64,000 nt of DNA. It comes from Hypanus sabinus. Taxonomy: Eukaryota. Shown piece by piece: positions 49,192-61,639 of the stretch (the stretch's first letter is position 1; the number at the start of each line of letters is the position of its first letter). The position numbers and the translations under genes were made by a program. The stretch is taken from contig NC_082731.1 in NCBI RefSeq assembly GCF_030144855.1, forward strand, positions 9,982,001-10,046,000, in the 5' to 3' direction. Below the pieces are notes generated by a model. The model was given only the letters and a program-made list of their open reading frames with translations. It did not search any database and was not told the DNA's origin.

Positions 49192-52100
49192 ATATAGAAA
49201 CATAGAAAATAGGTGCAGGAGTAGGCCATTCGGCCCTTCTAGTCTGCACTGCCATTCAGCATGATCATGGCTGATCTTCCAACTCAGAACCCTGTACCAG
49301 CTTTCTCTCCATACCCCCGATCCCTTTAGCCACAAGGTTCATATCTAACTTCCTCTTAAATATAGCCAATGAACTGGCCTCAACTGTTTCCTGTGGCAGA
49401 GAATTCCACAGATTCACCACTCTCTGTGTGAAGAAGTTTTGCTTCATCCTGGTCCTAAAAGGCTTCCACTTAAACCTTAAACTGTGACCCCTCGTTCTGG
49501 ACTTCCCCAACATCGGAAACAATCTTCCTGCGTCTAGCCTGTCCAATCCCTTTAGAATTTTATACGTTTCAATAAGATCCCCCCTCAATCTTCTAAATTC
49601 CAGTGAGTATAAGCCTAGTCGATACAGTCTTTCTTCATATGAAAGACCTGCCATTCCAGGAATCAATCTGGTGAACTTTCTCTGTCCTCCCTCTATAGCA
49701 AGAATGTCTTTCCTCTAATTAGAGGACCAAAATTGCGCACAATATTCTAGGTGCGGTCTTACCAAGGCCTTGTCCAACTGCAGTAGAACCTCCCTGCTCC
49801 TGTACTCATATCCTTTTGCTATGAATGCCAACATACCATTTGCCTTTTTCACCACCTGCTGTACCTGCATGCCCACCTTCAATGACTGGTGTACAAAGAA
49901 ACCCAAGTCTCGTTGCACCTCCCCTTTTCCTAATCTGCCACTTTTCAGATAATAATCAGTTTTCCTGTTCTTGCAACCAAAGTGGATAACCCCACATTTA
50001 TCAACATTAAATTGCATCTGCCATGAATTTGCCCACTCACATAACCTATCCACGTCACGCTGCATCCATTTAGCATCTTCCTCACAGCTAACTCCGCCGC
50101 CCAGCTTCGTGTCATCCGCAAACTTGGAGATGCTGCATTTAATTCCCTCGTCTAAATCATTAATATATATTGTAAACAACTGGGGTCCCAGCACTGAGCC
50201 TTGCGGTACCCCACTAGTCACTGCCTGCCATTCTGAAAAGTTCCCGTTTACTCCTATTCTTTGCTTCCTGTCTGCCAAACAATTCTCTATCCACATCAAT
50301 ACCATACCCCCAATACCGTGTGCTTTAAGTTTGCACACTAATCTCTTGTGTGGGACCTTGTCAAAAGCTTTTTGAAAATCTAAATATACCACGTCCACTG
50401 ACTCTCCCCTATCGACTCTACTAGTTACATCTTCCAAAAATTCTATAAGATTCGTCAGGCATGATTTTCCTTTCACGAATCCATGCTGAATTTTTCCGAT
50501 AATTTCACCTCTTTCCAAATGTGCTGTTATCACATCTTTGATAACCGACTTTAGCATTTTCCCCACCACCGATGTCAGACTAACCAGTCTATAATTCCCC
50601 GGTTTCTCTCTCCCTACTTTTTTAAAAAGAGTGGTTACATTTGCCATCCTCCAATCCTCAGGAACTAATCCAGAATCTAAGGAGTTTTGAAAAATTATCA
50701 CTAATGCATCCACTATTTCCTGGGCTACTTCCTTAAGCACTCTGGGATGCAGACCATCTGGCTCTAGGGATTTATGTGCCTTTAATCCCTTCAATTTACC
50801 TAACACCACCTCCCTACTAACATGTATTTCCCTCAGTTCCTCCATCTCACTAGACCCTCGGTCCCTGACAATTTCCAGAAGATTATTTATGACTTCCTTA
50901 GTGAAGACAGAACCAAAGTAGTTATTCAATTGGTCTGCCATGTCTTTGTTCCCTATGATCAATTCACCTGTTTCTGACTGTAAAGGACCTACATTCGTAT
51001 TGACCAATCTTTTTCTTTTCGCATATCTATGAAAGCTTTTACAGTCAGTTTTTATGCTCCCTGCCAGTTTTCTCTCATAAACTTGTTTCCCTTCCCTAAT
51101 CAAGCCGTTTATCCTCCTCTGCTAGTCTCTGAATTTCTCCCAGTTCTCGGGTATGCCGTTTTTTTTTTTTTTTTTTGGCTAATTTATATGTTTCTTCTTT
51201 GGAGTTGATACTATCCCTAATTTCCCTTGTAAGCCACGGGTGCACTACCTTCCATGGTTTATTCTTTTGCCAAATTGGGATGAACAATTGTTGTAGTTCA
51301 TCCAAGCGATCTTTAAATGCTTGCCATTGAATATCCACCATCAACCCTTTAAGTATCATTTGCCAGTCTATCTTAGCTAATTTACGTCTCATACCTTCAA
51401 AGTTACCCTTCTTTAAGTTCAGAACCTTTGTTTCTGAATTAACTATGTCATTCTCCATCTTAATGAAGAATTCCACCATATTATGGTCACTCTTACCCAT
51501 GGGGCCTCACACGACATGATTGCTAATTAACCCTTCCTCATTGCTGAATACCCAATCTAGAAAGGCCTGCTCTCTAGATGGTTCCTCGACATGATGGTTC
51601 AAAAAACCATCACGCATACTTTCCAAGAAATCTTCTTCCTCAACACCCTTACCAATTTGGTTCACCCAATCTATATGTAGATTGAAGTCGCCCATTATAA
51701 CTACTGTTCCTTTATTGCACGCATTTCTAATTTCCTGTTTAATGCCATCCCCAACCTCACTACTACTGTTAGGTGGCCTGTACACAACTCCCGCCAGCGT
51801 TTTCTGCCCCTTAGTGTTAGACAGCTGTACCCATATCGATTCCACATCCTCCAGGCTAATGTCTTTCCTTTCTATTGCTTTAATCTCCTCTCTAACCAGC
51901 AATGCTACCCCATCTCCTTTTCTTTCCTTTCTCTCCCTCCTGAATATTGAATATCCCTGAATTTTGAGCTCCCATCCTGGAGCCATGTCTCTGTGATCCC
52001 AAATGTATCATATTCATTAATAACTATCTGCACATTCAATTCATCCACCTTGTTACGAATGCTCCTCGCATTGATACTCAAAGCCTTCAGGCTTCTTTTT

Positions 52101-52570
52101 ACAACACTCTTAGCCTTTATACTATTATGTTGAAAAGAGGCTATTTTTGCTTTTTGCCCTGGATTTGCCTGCCTGCCAGTTTTACTTTTGAACTTAGTAC
52201 TTTTTGCTTCTACCCTCGTTTTACACCCCTCTGTCTCACTGCACTTGTATCCATCCCCCTGCCACATTAGCTTAATGCCTCCTGAACAACACTAGCAAAC
52301 GCTCCCCCCAGGACATTGGTTTCAGTCCAGCCCAGGTGCAGACCGTCCTGTTTATACCGGTCCCACCTCCCCAGAACTGGTTCTAATGCCCCAGAAATTT
52401 GAATCTCTCCCCTTTGCACCATTCTTCAAGCCACGTATTGATCTGAAATATCCTCCTATTTCTACTCTGACTAGCACGTGGCACTGGTAGTAATCCAGAG
52501 ATTATTACCTTTGTGGTCCTACTTTTTAATTTATCTCCTTACTCCCTAAATTCACCTTGTACGACCTCAT
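49192..52570 (-). mobile_element. Near-full-length CR1 ORF2 (APE endonuclease plus RT), few frameshifts
   Basis: ORFs 51905-52267 and 51507-51986 (INARSIRNK, ITETWL, MGDFN), 51096-51500, 49715-51103 (462 aa; PQGSVLGP, KFADDT) and 49265-49666; (TTTCTATG)n tail near 49192-49210. Confidence 0.93.
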
Positions 52571-53940
52571 CTCGTTTATTACCTATATCGTTGGTATATC
52601 TCCCAGTAATATCATTGAAATAGACTCAGAGCATCTGAGGCCCCAGTATCGATCAGTGTGATAACCTGTTCGCCACAGCTTGTAGGGCCGTAAACCCTTA
52701 CAGGTTTCGCTTCTGGTACATGGTTGCTGTACTGTTTAACATGCACAAAATAGACTGCTTTTATTCACCCGTGCTACTCTGACAGTATCACCCAAACACA
52801 AAGTACCATGATGGACTGGGGCTTCCAATACGCGGTCTCACTTGGAACCTTCCCTTCAATTTCGATGGGTTTATATCCTGTAACTCTCTACCCAACAGCT
52901 GTGAAAATTATGCTTCACCAGGAGCATTGAAGCAATTCAGGAAAATAGCTCACATTTTCTATGCAAGACAGGTAAACAATGAACTTACTAGCTGCATCGA
53001 GAATCTAAACAAAAGTAATAAAGCAAAATTACTAAAGGCGCGTGCACATTTGAAACTGAATTGATCCTCCAAATGTTACTGTATTTTAATACCACAGTTT
53101 ATATTTTTTCTGGAACGCGTTGGTTGGTAAATAATGCAGGTGTCGGCTCATACATCGCAGTAGACTTTTATAATTTTCAAGATCAATCAAGTGGCAAGCG
53201 CGTCCTTCGAATACGTGGTTCCATTACATTTTATGGCACGTGGTAACCTACGGAGTCAATGTGGCCGCTTCGGTTTCACGTTACTGGCAGATTTTCCTAT
53301 TTCTAGTGGAGTAACTCCCACAAAATATGACCGAAAATATTGAAGAGCTGGCAGTCAGTCCTCGGTTTGTAACGTAGCGATGTATTGAATGCTAAGCACA
53401 CAACATGTTCTTTATTAGCATTCAGTGGCATGTTATATTTTGTTTTCTTTTTTCGAACAGCGTGCTACTCCGTCCATAATGGAGAAAGTACTGCAGTTTT
53501 AACTGAGTATTGCTTTCCGCTTAATAGTTCTTTTTGATCAGCTTATTTCAGAATCACACTGGGGACTGGCAGACAAAACCTTTTGCTCATTTTGTGTGAA
53601 TACCTTTGAAGGAAGCCACGATTTCCCTCAGTATTTTAAAGATCTAAGGGGGAACGTTTGCATCCCTGAATGGGAAAAAGTACTTACTGTTAAAGTTATG
53701 TCAGTGTACTGTTTGCGCTGTGGTATCTATAATCAGCAGAATCAATGAGTATATCAGACAAGGAAGATAGAGGACTAGGGTTGATAAGGCAAGTATAGCT
53801 GTATTAGGGAAGCAGAAAAAAATGTCACAGAGAAATGCTTAGTAAGTTGGATTATGTGCTACTCCGGCCTGGTTATAGTTGTTATAATCCACATCTTGAC
53901 CATCACAGAATGAATATAACCATTCCCACTTTTTTGCCAG

Positions 53941-54261
53941 AAGAATGCCTTATGGCTGACATTAATGCCATAATAAAAAAGCCTTCCTTTGAAGAGATTT
54001 GGATGCTTCGGAGGGCAACAATTGTGTGCGAAGTGGTTTACACAGATCTACAGAATGTCACCGTCTCCTGGCAAGTAAATGGGAGTCGGAGAATGAACGG
54101 AGTAGAGACTCGCGGTCCAGAGAGGAGGGGAAGTAAATCCGTCATCATTAGCAAACTAAAGATCAGTGTGGAGGAGTGGAACAGTGGAACCGAATACCTG
54201 TGCTTCGTAGAAGATCGTGATCTGCCAACACCACTGACAATCGCCACCAAAAAAAACAAGG
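53941..54261 (+). CDS. IgNAR: IgNAR constant exon orthologous to C4
   Basis: Acceptor tttttgccAG 53939-53940, donor G|GTAAGC 54262. EECL...KPSFEEIW...ATIVCEVVYTDL.N..V.WQVNG...GVET..PE..GSKS.I.SKLK...EW.SGTEY.C.VED..LPTP matches nurse-shark C4. Confidence 0.96.
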
Positions 54262-54637
54262 GTAAGCGCAATTAACTGCCGTCTTGAGTACGCATGGTAT
54301 ATCAAACAAACATTTTGGTAGTGACCTAATCAATAGAATTGAAAACATAATCTCCTCCATTCCGTTGCGTAACAGCAATCCAGAAGAAAAAAAATGATCA
54401 GGACATTCGTGGTAACGTAGAAAAGAAGTAAATACACAAAACTGCAAAACTATACATGGTATCTTAATAACAAAGAGCAAATGCAACACCTTATTTAAAT
54501 CTGGAGCCGATATGTCTTGTGTTGAAAAGCTGATCTAATTTCTGAGTTTATTGATATTTGAACATCTGGAGTCTGGTGAAGATACAAATCTGCAAGTCAA
54601 AGATGAAACTAATTTAAAATATGTTTTTCCCTTCCAG

Positions 54638-55020
54638 TTACTGAAATGCACCGCCCTAAAGCCTACCTCTTGTACCCATCAGCTGAGGAGATTCAAGCCG
54701 AGGAAGCAGCTACCCTAATTTGCCTCGTGACCGGTTTTTATCCGGAAGATATATACGTCGGCTGGATGGCTAATGACAACCTTTTGCATTCGGGATTCTC
54801 GATCCAGTTTAACAGCGATAAGGAAAACGGCTCTAACTCGGTTACCAGCAAACTGAGGATCAGCGCAGAAGACTGGGAGAAGGGAACCACCTATAACTGT
54901 TTGGTTGGACATCCGTCGCTACAAACAAATATAGTCAGAAGTATTAATAAATCGCGGGGAAAACCTACTTTAGTTAACGTGTCAGTTGTTCTAACTGACA
55001 GCTTTAAATCGAGCGTCTAA
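54638..55020 (+). CDS. IgNAR: IgNAR C5 exon plus secretory tail
   Basis: Acceptor ttcccttccAG 54636-54637. VTEMHRPKAYLLYPS...IYVGWMAND.LL.SG...CLVGHPSL...NKSRGKPTLVNVSVVLTDSFKSSV* matches nurse-shark C5 and tail. Confidence 0.96.
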
Positions 55021-55319
55021 TCATCCTTGATTTGATGACTAGTAGCTTGGAAGTGTTTCTTGCTTACCGCGTAGCTGTTTGAGTTTCCGTTTTGCTGATT
55101 TACTGAAGACCACGCATAGCATTCACTCTTCAGATTATACTACCGCAAATGAAATATTCCATTAATTTCATTTATTCATTAACATTCTGATGAGCTCTCG
55201 ATAGCATTAGAATATTTTTAACTTTACGTTGATTCTGAAAATGTAGTACTTCAGAGATGCTATTAGGTCGCGGAATAGATAGCAGATAGCGATTTATTCT
55301 GTACGCAACATTATATTGA

Positions 55320-55325
55320 AATAAA
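55320..55325 (+). promoter_or_regulatory. Probable secretory-form polyadenylation signal
   Basis: AATAAA about 300 nt after the stop, followed by GT/T-rich atgtgtgttcttattttt about 27 nt downstream. Confidence 0.6.
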
Positions 55326-55479
55326 TTCAGAATGAAACTTCTTGGCTTCCACATGTGTGTTCTTATTTTTGCTCTTAAGAGTAAAACATTTTTCAGTTTT
55401 TTTTATATTAGCTTCATAAATATATTAGTATAGTTCCATTCTTTCCTTTTCACGTGTCGCAAATATGGCAGGGAGACGA

Positions 55480-56500
55480 GAGAGGCAACGATATAGGGCA
55501 AATTACTAAGGTTATTCAGATCCTAGCGGTTCGTGAAGATTAGATTCGAGATCTGATTTGACGGATAGGCTCGTTCGTGCATGTGCACCTGCCATCTGAA
55601 CTTTAAAAGCAAAAGGTTCTTAGACAATAGACAACAGCACGGAATAATATCAGTATCAGAATAATTTTCTTTGACATTGTCGCGAATTTGATTGTTTTGC
55701 AGCAGCAGTACAGTGCAATACATAAAATACAATATGAAAGAGATGCTTAAAAATAAATAAGTAGTTATAAAAGGGGGAAATTAGTAAGGTAGATTTAGTG
55801 GGTTCATGGCTTGTTCAAAATCTGATGAAGAAGGAACAGAAGCTGTTCCTAAAAAGTTGAATGTGTGCCTTCATACTCCTGTACTTCTGATGGCAGAAAT
55901 TAAAAGATGGCACATCCTGGATGGTGGGAGCCCTTAATGATTGTTGCCAACCCCTTGAGGCACCGCCTTTTGACATATTCTCAATGTTGGGGAGACTCGT
56001 GCCTATGGATAGCTGCACACAACCCTCTGCAGTATTTACTGTTCCCATGCAATGATGCCTAAATACCAGCTGGCGATTTAGCCAGTTAGAATGCTGACGT
56101 ATTGAATGTTAGACTTGTGCAAAAGATTTGGTAGGGTCTTTGGTGATATACCAAATCTTCTCCAGCTCTTAATAAAATATACCAGTGACGTGCTCATTTC
56201 CCTATTTACATCCATATATTGGGATCTGGATAGATCTTCAGAGAATACCTCCTGGAACTTGAAATAGCCCACCTTTTCCACTGCCGACTCCTCGATTAGG
56301 ACCGTCGTGTGTTCCTTCGACTTCTCTTTTCTGCTGTCGACAATAAGTTCATTTCTCTTATTCTTGTTGAGAACACGGTTGTTGCTGCGGCGCCACTCAA
56401 CCAACTGATTAATCTCACTAATGTACGCCTCTTTGTCACACACTGAGATTCTGCTGACAGCAATTTCGTTGGCAAATTTATAAATCACATTTCCTTCTCA
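55480..56500 (-). mobile_element. Rex1/Babar-like LINE 3' fragment
   Basis: ORF 56078-56488 (-) IYKFANE...YISEINQLVEW...ELIVDSRK; (tcagta)n tail at about 55650. Confidence 0.7.
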
Positions 56501-57835
56501 TCTCTTGGTGAATACAGTACACGATGCTTGGTTGCTGATTTCAAGCAGAAACATACCTGATGCGAGGTAAATACTATTGACCTCCATGTTCCGTTTGGCC
56601 TCTATCACTTATAATACGGCATCCAGTGCTCAATAGAATTGAGAAGGCCGAAACAATCGACATCCGCGAATCCTAAAAGTCGTTCGCCTGCCACCACCCC
56701 GGTTCCTAGTAAATGGCTGTAGCGGATTTCATGTTCGCTATTATATGATCTTATTTAACACCTGTTTCTCAGTCTGCCTCTACTGAATTCCCACTATAAA
56801 GCTTATGTTTCGATTAGTCCTGAGCACCCATGAACATGGAAATGCTCTCCCAAAAGCTCTTTAGTCTTTCACATTTTATACAACATAGAAAATGCCATCG
56901 TGTTTTAGAAGACAGGCTATTTGACTTACCTTCCCTATGCATCTTGACAGACACGAGTTATAGATCTGCCAAAGTCTCTCAGTGAAGATAATTATCTTGA
57001 AATTGAGAGCTTACACAGCCTCGACCTCGCCCTCTCAATCTCGTCATGCCCTCCCCGATATCTGAAGCTGGATCCCTGTTTGGACTCCTCGGCACAATAA
57101 TTGGCAGTCATATGAAGGGCCCAAACATTGTAGCCAGTTCAGTGACTGCACATTTCCTCGTCTATTTATATTAATATGCTACATAAATCCAGATGTGTAG
57201 ATGATGTGTTTTATATATGTTGTTAAATTTTCCCCGTGATTTTTCTGTGAATGGTACTGTGATATCTTAAGTAAATACACTTCAATGAGATCTATCATCC
57301 ATCCAACTGTTCCTCTCGTCCCCGGGCTTTCCGTCTGCCAAACTTGGTTTCGGGCTTTGGCTGCATGATTTTGCTCAGGGCCTGCTTGATATGGTTACCG
57401 CGCCAGACAAAGTGAACAACAAGAGAACAGTGTTCAAGTTTAAGCAAACGCTGACTGAGACTGCAATGGACAATCGCGTGCCCAAAATTAACTGATCTGC
57501 AAGGAGGGTGTAACCTGTAGTTATATCAAAATTGGAGCGTTAGCTGCAGTCGAATTCAATCTAATGTTGCTGTGCCTGGCATTATGAATTCCAAATGAAC
57601 ATCTGAAGTGGTACTCTTAAGTCAGTTTTGTATTATCTTGACTCGTGTGATGGTAACAGAATTTAGAGAATTGTACTTTCTTGCTCAATAGGGTCCAATG
57701 TATTCTATTTAGAACTCCTCAAAACAGTTAATAACCACTCAGCTGACAGAACAGAGAAGAACAAGTGACTGATGGCCACACAAATGACAGCATTGTAATC
57801 GTATGAAGGGATATTGATAAATGAAAGAATAGACC

Positions 57836-59047
57836 TGTCATAAAGGGGAACGTGGGGAGTGGACCCAAAAGGATGACACAGACACTGAACTACCAGGAAC
57901 AGGACTAGGCGTGAGAAGGAAGCAAGGAAAGTGGGGAATAAAGGACGCTGGACATTACACAGGTTCCAGTCGAGACAAGGATACAGGCCTGGGCTAGGGA
58001 TTGACGAGGATAGCGGAACCAGGACATGGAACTGGGAACTAGGAGCCAGGGCTTGGACTGGGAGCCAGAGACTGGACAAAGACCCAGAACCTGGGTCTTG
58101 ACTCGGGCTCGGACTCCAGAACCAGGTGAGGACAAGACGTGGCTACAGGACGAGGAGAGGTACAGGACTGGACGTGAGACTCATGGACAGGACAAGGAAC
58201 TGCCAGCACCGGACTGGGCAAGGTACTCCGGGGCTGGGCGAGGCACATGACAAGACGAGAACACAAAGCCGTTGTTTGGACAGGACAAGGACTTTTGACA
58301 GGACAAGGGAACCCCAGCACAGAACAAGGGAAGCTCAGCACCGGGCTGGGCAAAGTAGTCCTGTGCTCCACTGCACATGACAAGACGAGAACGCAAAGGC
58401 TTGGACAGGACAAGGACATTGGGCGTGACTGGGACTGGACGAGACCCCGAAGCCTTGACTTGGTCGAGGGAGAGACAGGAACATGGAACACCGAGCCGGT
58501 ACCCCTCCTTGGATACGGGACGTAGGGCCGGGGCTTATTACAAAGAACGCTGAACACGACGAGACAGTTCCCAACGTTAGGTAGCGGCAAAACGGCCGGA
58601 CCTATCTAGCGAAGACGTGGACACAAAGAGGCAGTTCCACACAGGGCGAGGCTCCAGACACAGGCAAGACGAGGCAAGGCTCCAGACACAGATACAGGCT
58701 CCAGGCAGAGGCGAGGCGAGGCGAGGCAAGGCTCCAAACAGAGGCAAGGCGAGGCAAACCTCCAGCCGAGGCAAGGCAAGGGTTCAGGAGAAGCAAGGCA
58801 TGGAGAAGCTAGGCGAGGCAAGGCAAGACAAGGCTGCAGGAGGAAGACGAAGGGAAGGGATACAGACAGGGGGTTTGGACAGAAACAATCCAACAGCCAA
58901 AGGCTGAAACCTGAAGCTATTTATGAAGCCAGCCCAAACGAGAATCAACTGCCTCAACAGAAACTGGGGGAAACCAGAAAACCTAGAATAACGAGAATGA
59001 ACCGGACAGTGAACACAAATGTGGATTTCATGGACTGGACCATGACA
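57836..59047. mobile_element. Solo LTR (about 1.2 kb) with internal minisatellites
   Basis: Termini TGTCAT 57836-57841 and ATGACA 59042-59047; 5-bp TSD AGACC/AGGCC (one mismatch); internal GAGGC and GGACAAGGAC repeats. Confidence 0.8.
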
Positions 59048-59739
59048 AGGCCATGTTCTGGCAAATATTGTATAGTATCAGGAGCTCAGTTTAGAGAAGA
59101 TAAATATATTTTTAAAACATAAATGTGTTCGAAGCAGAGGATGTTCGGGAATGAGACGAAAGAAATTTGTAGTTACAGATTATTGGAATGTCATGGACTA
59201 AAGTTGCAGCCAAAAGTGAATAGTATAAGTTTGCATTTAGAAGAGTAAAACACACAAGTTGAAAGCATGCTGCAACTACATAAAGCACAGCCCGCCAAAG
59301 GACAGAGATGTCACGTGTATGTACTGAATTCTGTCTTTGCTTTGCTCTGTGGGATATGATCAGGAGGCAACTGCTCGGTATATGTTAGGAGTGGGAGGTG
59401 AATATTGTCCTTCTCCTGAAGGCGCTTAACAGCGCTGTCCCTCATTAAATCTCGCTTTCATGAACTTGAGAAAGGGATTTCACCGTCTGGTTTATGTTCT
59501 CTAAAACCCAGATCAAGTAGATACATGATCAGTTATTTAAAAGTTTTATCAAGTAGAATTGACAAGGACGTCACGGAACTAATGTCAGTACACGTTAAGG
59601 ATGCCACTGAACGAATATTAAATTGAAAGCTGAAGTTGAGAACAGTCTGATGAACAAGTGCATCAAGGGAAGTGGGTCATTTGGCTTTCTACTAAGAAAA
59701 CATATAAAATCCAATAAAACTCTAAACTATCGATTTCAG

Positions 59740-59897
59740 CAATCTGTGTAACTCTGGAAGACTTGGACGACTATTCAGGCGATGAAGAAAGATTCGAAAA
59801 CCTTGATGAAGATGTTAGTTCATCGTCAGCGCTCATCACGTTTGTGATCCTCTTTATGATGAGTATGATGTACAGCGCATTTACAACGACTGTTAAG
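59740..59897 (+). CDS. IgNAR: IgNAR transmembrane exon TM1
   Basis: Acceptor gatttcAG 59738-59739 (phase 1), donor AAG|GTAACG 59898. Encodes AICVTLEDLDDYSGDEERFENLDEDVSSSSALITFVILFMMSMMYSAFTTTVK: an acidic spacer plus the Ig TM pattern TF..LF..S..YS...T. Confidence 0.93.
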
Positions 59898-60251
59898 GTA
59901 ACGACGAGTTTCAATTCTCCAATAGTCTATGCAAATCCATTAAAAAGTTTGGCGTAAATTTCGCATTTCAAGTTGTGAAATAATCAGTCTAACAGAAACT
60001 TAATTCATGTTTCTCCCAATATGTGGTTGGGTTTCGGTGAGGCTTCCCTGTCGCGTATAGTCCATTCCTAATATCTCTTATGAACGTGACGTCCATGCAT
60101 AAAAGAATTAAAAGACCTTGCACAAAGATTATAACTAAAGGAAGGAATTACTGACAATGCCAGCGGGATTTGACAAGAAATAAATAAAAGAGGAGAAAAT
60201 GAGAGCATGATGTATTTTAAATCATTTTCTGAATGCATAGGTTCTTAGATT

Positions 60252-60278
60252 AGAGAGAGAGGGAGGGAGAGAGAGAGG

Positions 60279-60323
<45 letters not shown>

Positions 60324-60328
60324 CGCGC
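60252..60328. repeat. Compound (GA)n-(GT)n microsatellite in the TM1-TM2 intron
   Basis: Directly visible; (GT)n at 60281-60319. Confidence 0.97.
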
Positions 60329-61639
60329 ACGTCTGTTTGAGAGAAAGGCGCAGAGAGAGACCAGGAGCTGTAAGGGAGACGAGAAATCAGCGATGAAAAC
60401 ATTCATTTATGCTTAAACTTGATCGAGGAGAAGTAAGAAGTGGAACATTGATAAGGGAGAGGTACGATATTTCTCGGTTAGGAATCTTGTGGGAAAACAG
60501 TCATTTTCCAGCAGGTTATCAGCGCGTCCAATTTCAGGAAGAGTAAATGTAATTAGAAAGTTGACTGGTGGGGCTACTGAATTAGTACTTAGCAAGTATC
60601 AATGAGTTATGCTAATCAACACGATTGACGTTTACAAGATTGACAACTGACCAATGAATAAAATGTGATACTCAATTTTATAATGAAATTTCTATAGGAT
60701 TCTGTTCATATAGAGAGTTATAATAAACAAAGAACATAGTGATGGTAAAAATGGATGTGAATTTGTTGCATAGCAACAAAGCACAAGCGATTGATTTTTT
60801 GAGTTGTTTATTTCCACATAATAAAATAATTCTTGATTCGGATGAGCATGCAACCTATAAAGCTTAGACGACTAATATAAATCAAGCATATTCACTTCTG
60901 AAAAATTCACCAACAGCAGTAATAGCTTCCTTGGTGATAATATTCCATGTGAATCTCAGTGCCAGTGGCCAAGGACTATGTTTAAGGTCATTCCCAACTT
61001 ATTGCAGCGTCTTCATCTAGAGGAAATAAGTTACATTTTCTTAACCTTCAAAAGTATGGAGAATTATAAGAAAATCACTAGAAATACTGAGCAGATTAAG
61101 CTGTATCTGTGGGAAGCAAAATACAGTTAACAATTCGGGTTGAAACCCTTTCTTCAGAACTTGCGAGGAAACAATGAAACTTGTAAAGTACAATGTTTCT
61201 GACAGTGACAGGATAAAACCGGGATGAACCACGGTGATAAGATATGAACAAGGTTGTCTGATCTAAGAACTAATGAGAGCTCTTCGAGAATTGGAACGCA
61301 AGTCAAGTTAACTGAACTTTTATGGAGAATATGGAGAACAAGGATGGATGGTGATATCCGGGGATAACAGAGTTACATCTACTGGAATCTGACATCAAGG
61401 GGAATAATTAAGGGGGAAAATAATGTATGAGCTATAAAATGTTTAGCAGGGTGACAATCACGGCATGTTGGTCTGAGTAGGTCCTTTACTTAAAGCGAAA
61501 TAAGTGGAGAAAGAGGACAGCTGGGTCAATAATACCAATCAACTACTAATACTCTGTACACAGATAAATCAAGTCATGAAAATTTGTGGAATTCGTTACT
61601 CTCGGAATTAAAAGTATGGAGTCTTATCTCGGTGGCGGG

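Noticed and set aside
57905-58907. Cluster of overlapping low-complexity ORFs
   Set aside because: Artefacts of GC-rich minisatellites inside the solo LTR.
59971-59983. TM2 at agttGTGAAATAA
   Set aside because: No AG directly precedes GTG; using AG at 59971-59972 gives L-stop after a 75-nt intron with a poor pyrimidine tract. The 63013 site is far better.
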